This document shows positions 62,668 through 64,000 of a stretch of DNA of 64,000 nucleotides, in pieces. A program made the translations under genes and the position numbers. Source of the stretch: Phycisphaerales bacterium (GTDB lineage: Bacteria; Planctomycetota; Phycisphaerae; Phycisphaerales; UBA1924). The notes below the pieces were generated by a model that did no database searches, was not told the DNA's origin, and saw nothing but the letters and a program-made list of their open reading frames with translations. Location of the stretch: contig JADLGW010000044.1 of NCBI GenBank assembly GCA_020849105.1, positions 13,683 through 77,682 on the forward strand, given 5' to 3'. Positions within the stretch are counted from its first letter, which is position 1. Each line of letters opens with the position of its first letter.

Positions 62668-63447
62668 ATGGCGAGCGACCAGGACAAAGCGAAGCAGAAC
62701 GAGCCCCACGGCGGGGCGAAGCCCGCCGAGGGCAGGCCGCGTCCCGAGGGCAAGGGCCCCGAGGGCAAGGGCGGCCCGCGGCCCGGCGGCGATCAGCGCA
62801 AGGGCGGCGGGAAGCCCGGCGGCGGTGGGGGTGCCAAGGGCAAGAAGGACGCGGCCCCGACGGAGCCCGTGGTGGCGTCGCGCCTCCGCGCGGTGTACCG
62901 GGAGAGGGTCCATGCGGGGCTGAAGGAGAAGTTCGGCATCACCAATCGCATGGCGATGCCGAAACTTGAGAAGATCACGCTCAACGTCAACATGGGCCGG
63001 CACCTGGAGGGGACGAAGATCCCGCCGGTCGTCCGGACGACCGTGCTCGATACCTTGACAAAGGTGACGGGCCAGAAGCCGATCGTCCAGAAGGCCAGGA
63101 AGAGCGTCGCGAACTTCAAGGTCCGCGCGGGGCTTGAGTCGTCCGCGATGGTGACGCTGCGGCGCGACCGCATGTGGCACTTTCTGGACCGGTTCATCAA
63201 CCTCGCAACGCCTCGTATCAAGGACTTCCGCGGCCTGTCCCGTACGGCCTTCGACCGGCAGGGCAACTACTCCGCGGGCGTGAGCGAGCAGGGCGTGTTC
63301 CCCGAGATCAACATGGCCGAGGCCCAGTTCACCCACGGGATGAACATCAACTTCACGTTCTCCCGCTCCAACCCGGAACTGTCCCGGTATGTGCTGGAGA
63401 GCCTGGGCATGCCGTTCGCCAAGCCGGAAGAGAAGGGCAAGAAATGA
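62668..63447 (+). CDS. rplE: 50S ribosomal protein L5 with a ~67-aa Gly/Lys/Pro-rich N-terminal extension
   Basis: L5 core [40 protein letters not shown]. The frame is open with GC3-rich codons from the ATG at 62668. An alternative GTG at 62869 would give a conventional L5. Confidence 0.85.
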   Translation: MASDQDKAKQNEPHGGAKPAEGRPRPEGKGPEGKGGPRPGGDQRKGGGKPGGGGGAKGKKDAAPTEPVVASRLRAVYRERVHAGLKEKFGITNRMAMPKLEKITLNVNMGRHLEGTKIPPVVRTTVLDTLTKVTGQKPIVQKARKSVANFKVRAGLESSAMVTLRRDRMWHFLDRFINLATPRIKDFRGLSRTAFDRQGNYSAGVSEQGVFPEINMAEAQFTHGMNINFTFSRSNPELSRYVLESLGMPFAKPEEKGKK

Positions 63448-63629
63448 CGACCAAGGCGCAGATGGCCAAGACGCGGCGCAAGCCCAAGTTCAGCACGCGG
63501 ATCGTCCGCCGGTGTGAACTGACTGGGCGCAGCCGCGGCGTGTACCGCAAGTTCCGCATCAGCCGCATCATGCTGCGGAAACTCGCGCTCGAGGGCAAGA
63601 TCCCGGGGATGCGCAAGGCCAGTTGGTAA
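63444..63629 (+). CDS. rpsN: 30S ribosomal protein S14, short (type Z length) form
   Basis: ATGA overlap with rpl[48 protein letters not shown]. Only one Cys, so the CxxC...CxxC zinc ribbon is absent. Confidence 0.9.
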   Translation: MTTKAQMAKTRRKPKFSTRIVRRCELTGRSRGVYRKFRISRIMLRKLALEGKIPGMRKASW

Positions 63630-63662
63630 GCACCAGGCACCCGTGAAGGACCAGGACCGACC

Positions 63663-64000
63663 ATGACCGACCCGATCGCCGACATGCTGACGCGGATCCG
63701 CAACGCCACGCGGAACCGCCACAAGACCGTGAACTGCCTCAACAGCCGGGTGTGCCGCGGCATCGCCGACGTGCTCAAGGCCGAGGGGTACATCACGGGT
63801 TACGACGTCATCGAGGACGCCCGGCAGGGGCAGATCCGCGTGAAACTCAAGTACGGGCCGCGGGGTGAGACCCTGATCCACAAGATCGAGCGGGCGAGCA
63901 CGCCCGGGCGGCGCGTCTACCGGGGTGTCGAGGGGCTTCCCAAGCCGCTGCAGGGCCTGGGCATCGCGATCGTCTCGACCAGCCGCGGCGTGCTGAGCGA
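63663..64000 (+). CDS. rpsH: 30S ribosomal protein S8; 3' end lies outside the window
   Basis: My own translation from the ATG at 63663: MTDPIADMLTRIRNATRNRHKTVNCLNSRVCRGIADVLKAEGYITGYDV... No stop before the window end, so it is absent from the ORF track. Confidence 0.93.
   Translation, partial: MTDPIADMLTRIRNATRNRHKTVNCLNSRVCRGIADVLKAEGYITGYDVIEDARQGQIRVKLKYGPRGETLIHKIERASTPGRRVYRGVEGLPKPLQGLGIAIVSTSRGVLS

Noticed and set aside
63444-63629. The zinc-less short S14 as something unusual.
   Set aside because: Short S14 variants lacking the CxxC pairs are known in various bacteria. I noted it in the feature list only.

Overview
Chromosomal segment with very high GC (about 70% by eye). Gene content suggests Planctomycetota, probably a Phycisphaerae-like organism, but this is inference only. 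The pointers are a DUF1800/DUF1501 pair, an ECF sigma factor coupled to a Ser/Thr kinase, HTH-receiver and HDOD kinases, and many secreted repeat proteins ending in a Cys-rich dockerin-like tail. I support about 60 CDS, 4 singleton tRNA genes (Lys-TTT, Val-TAC, Phe-GAA, Pro-GGG, all on the minus strand, none encoding CCA), 2 gene remnants and a few hairpins. I saw no rRNA, CRISPR array, transposase or integrase.

Layout:
- 1-9.3 kb: transporter, secreted beta-lactamase-fold protein, amidohydrolase pair.
- 9.5-10.9 kb: low-GC islet with a decayed DNA methyltransferase and an intact single-HKD PLD nuclease.
- 10.8-23.6 kb: housekeeping genes (ribB-like, ffh, SNF2 helicase, waaA, hydrolases, glycosyltransferase).
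- 23.6-33 kb: ECF sigma plus anti-sigma/kinase/TPR fusion, two dockerin-tailed proteins, pyrC.
- 33-39.7 kb: ArsR-led cluster of small-domain proteins.
- 39.7-45 kb: DUF1501/DUF1800, arfB, two more dockerin ORFs.
- 45-50 kb: tsaB and a three-gene signalling operon.
- 50-54 kb: lower-GC three-gene cassette next to an ECF sigma fragment.
- 55.9-64 kb: S10/spc ribosomal operon, in which L22, L29, L5 and S17 carry unusual extensions.

The most interesting signals are the recurrent 55-aa C-terminal Cys-rich dockerin-like tag with no visible partner, the lower-GC cassette, the methylase-less PLD nuclease islet, and an XRE-like HTH apparently fused to ribosomal protein L22. Many long ORFs in the track are antisense artefacts of the high GC content.
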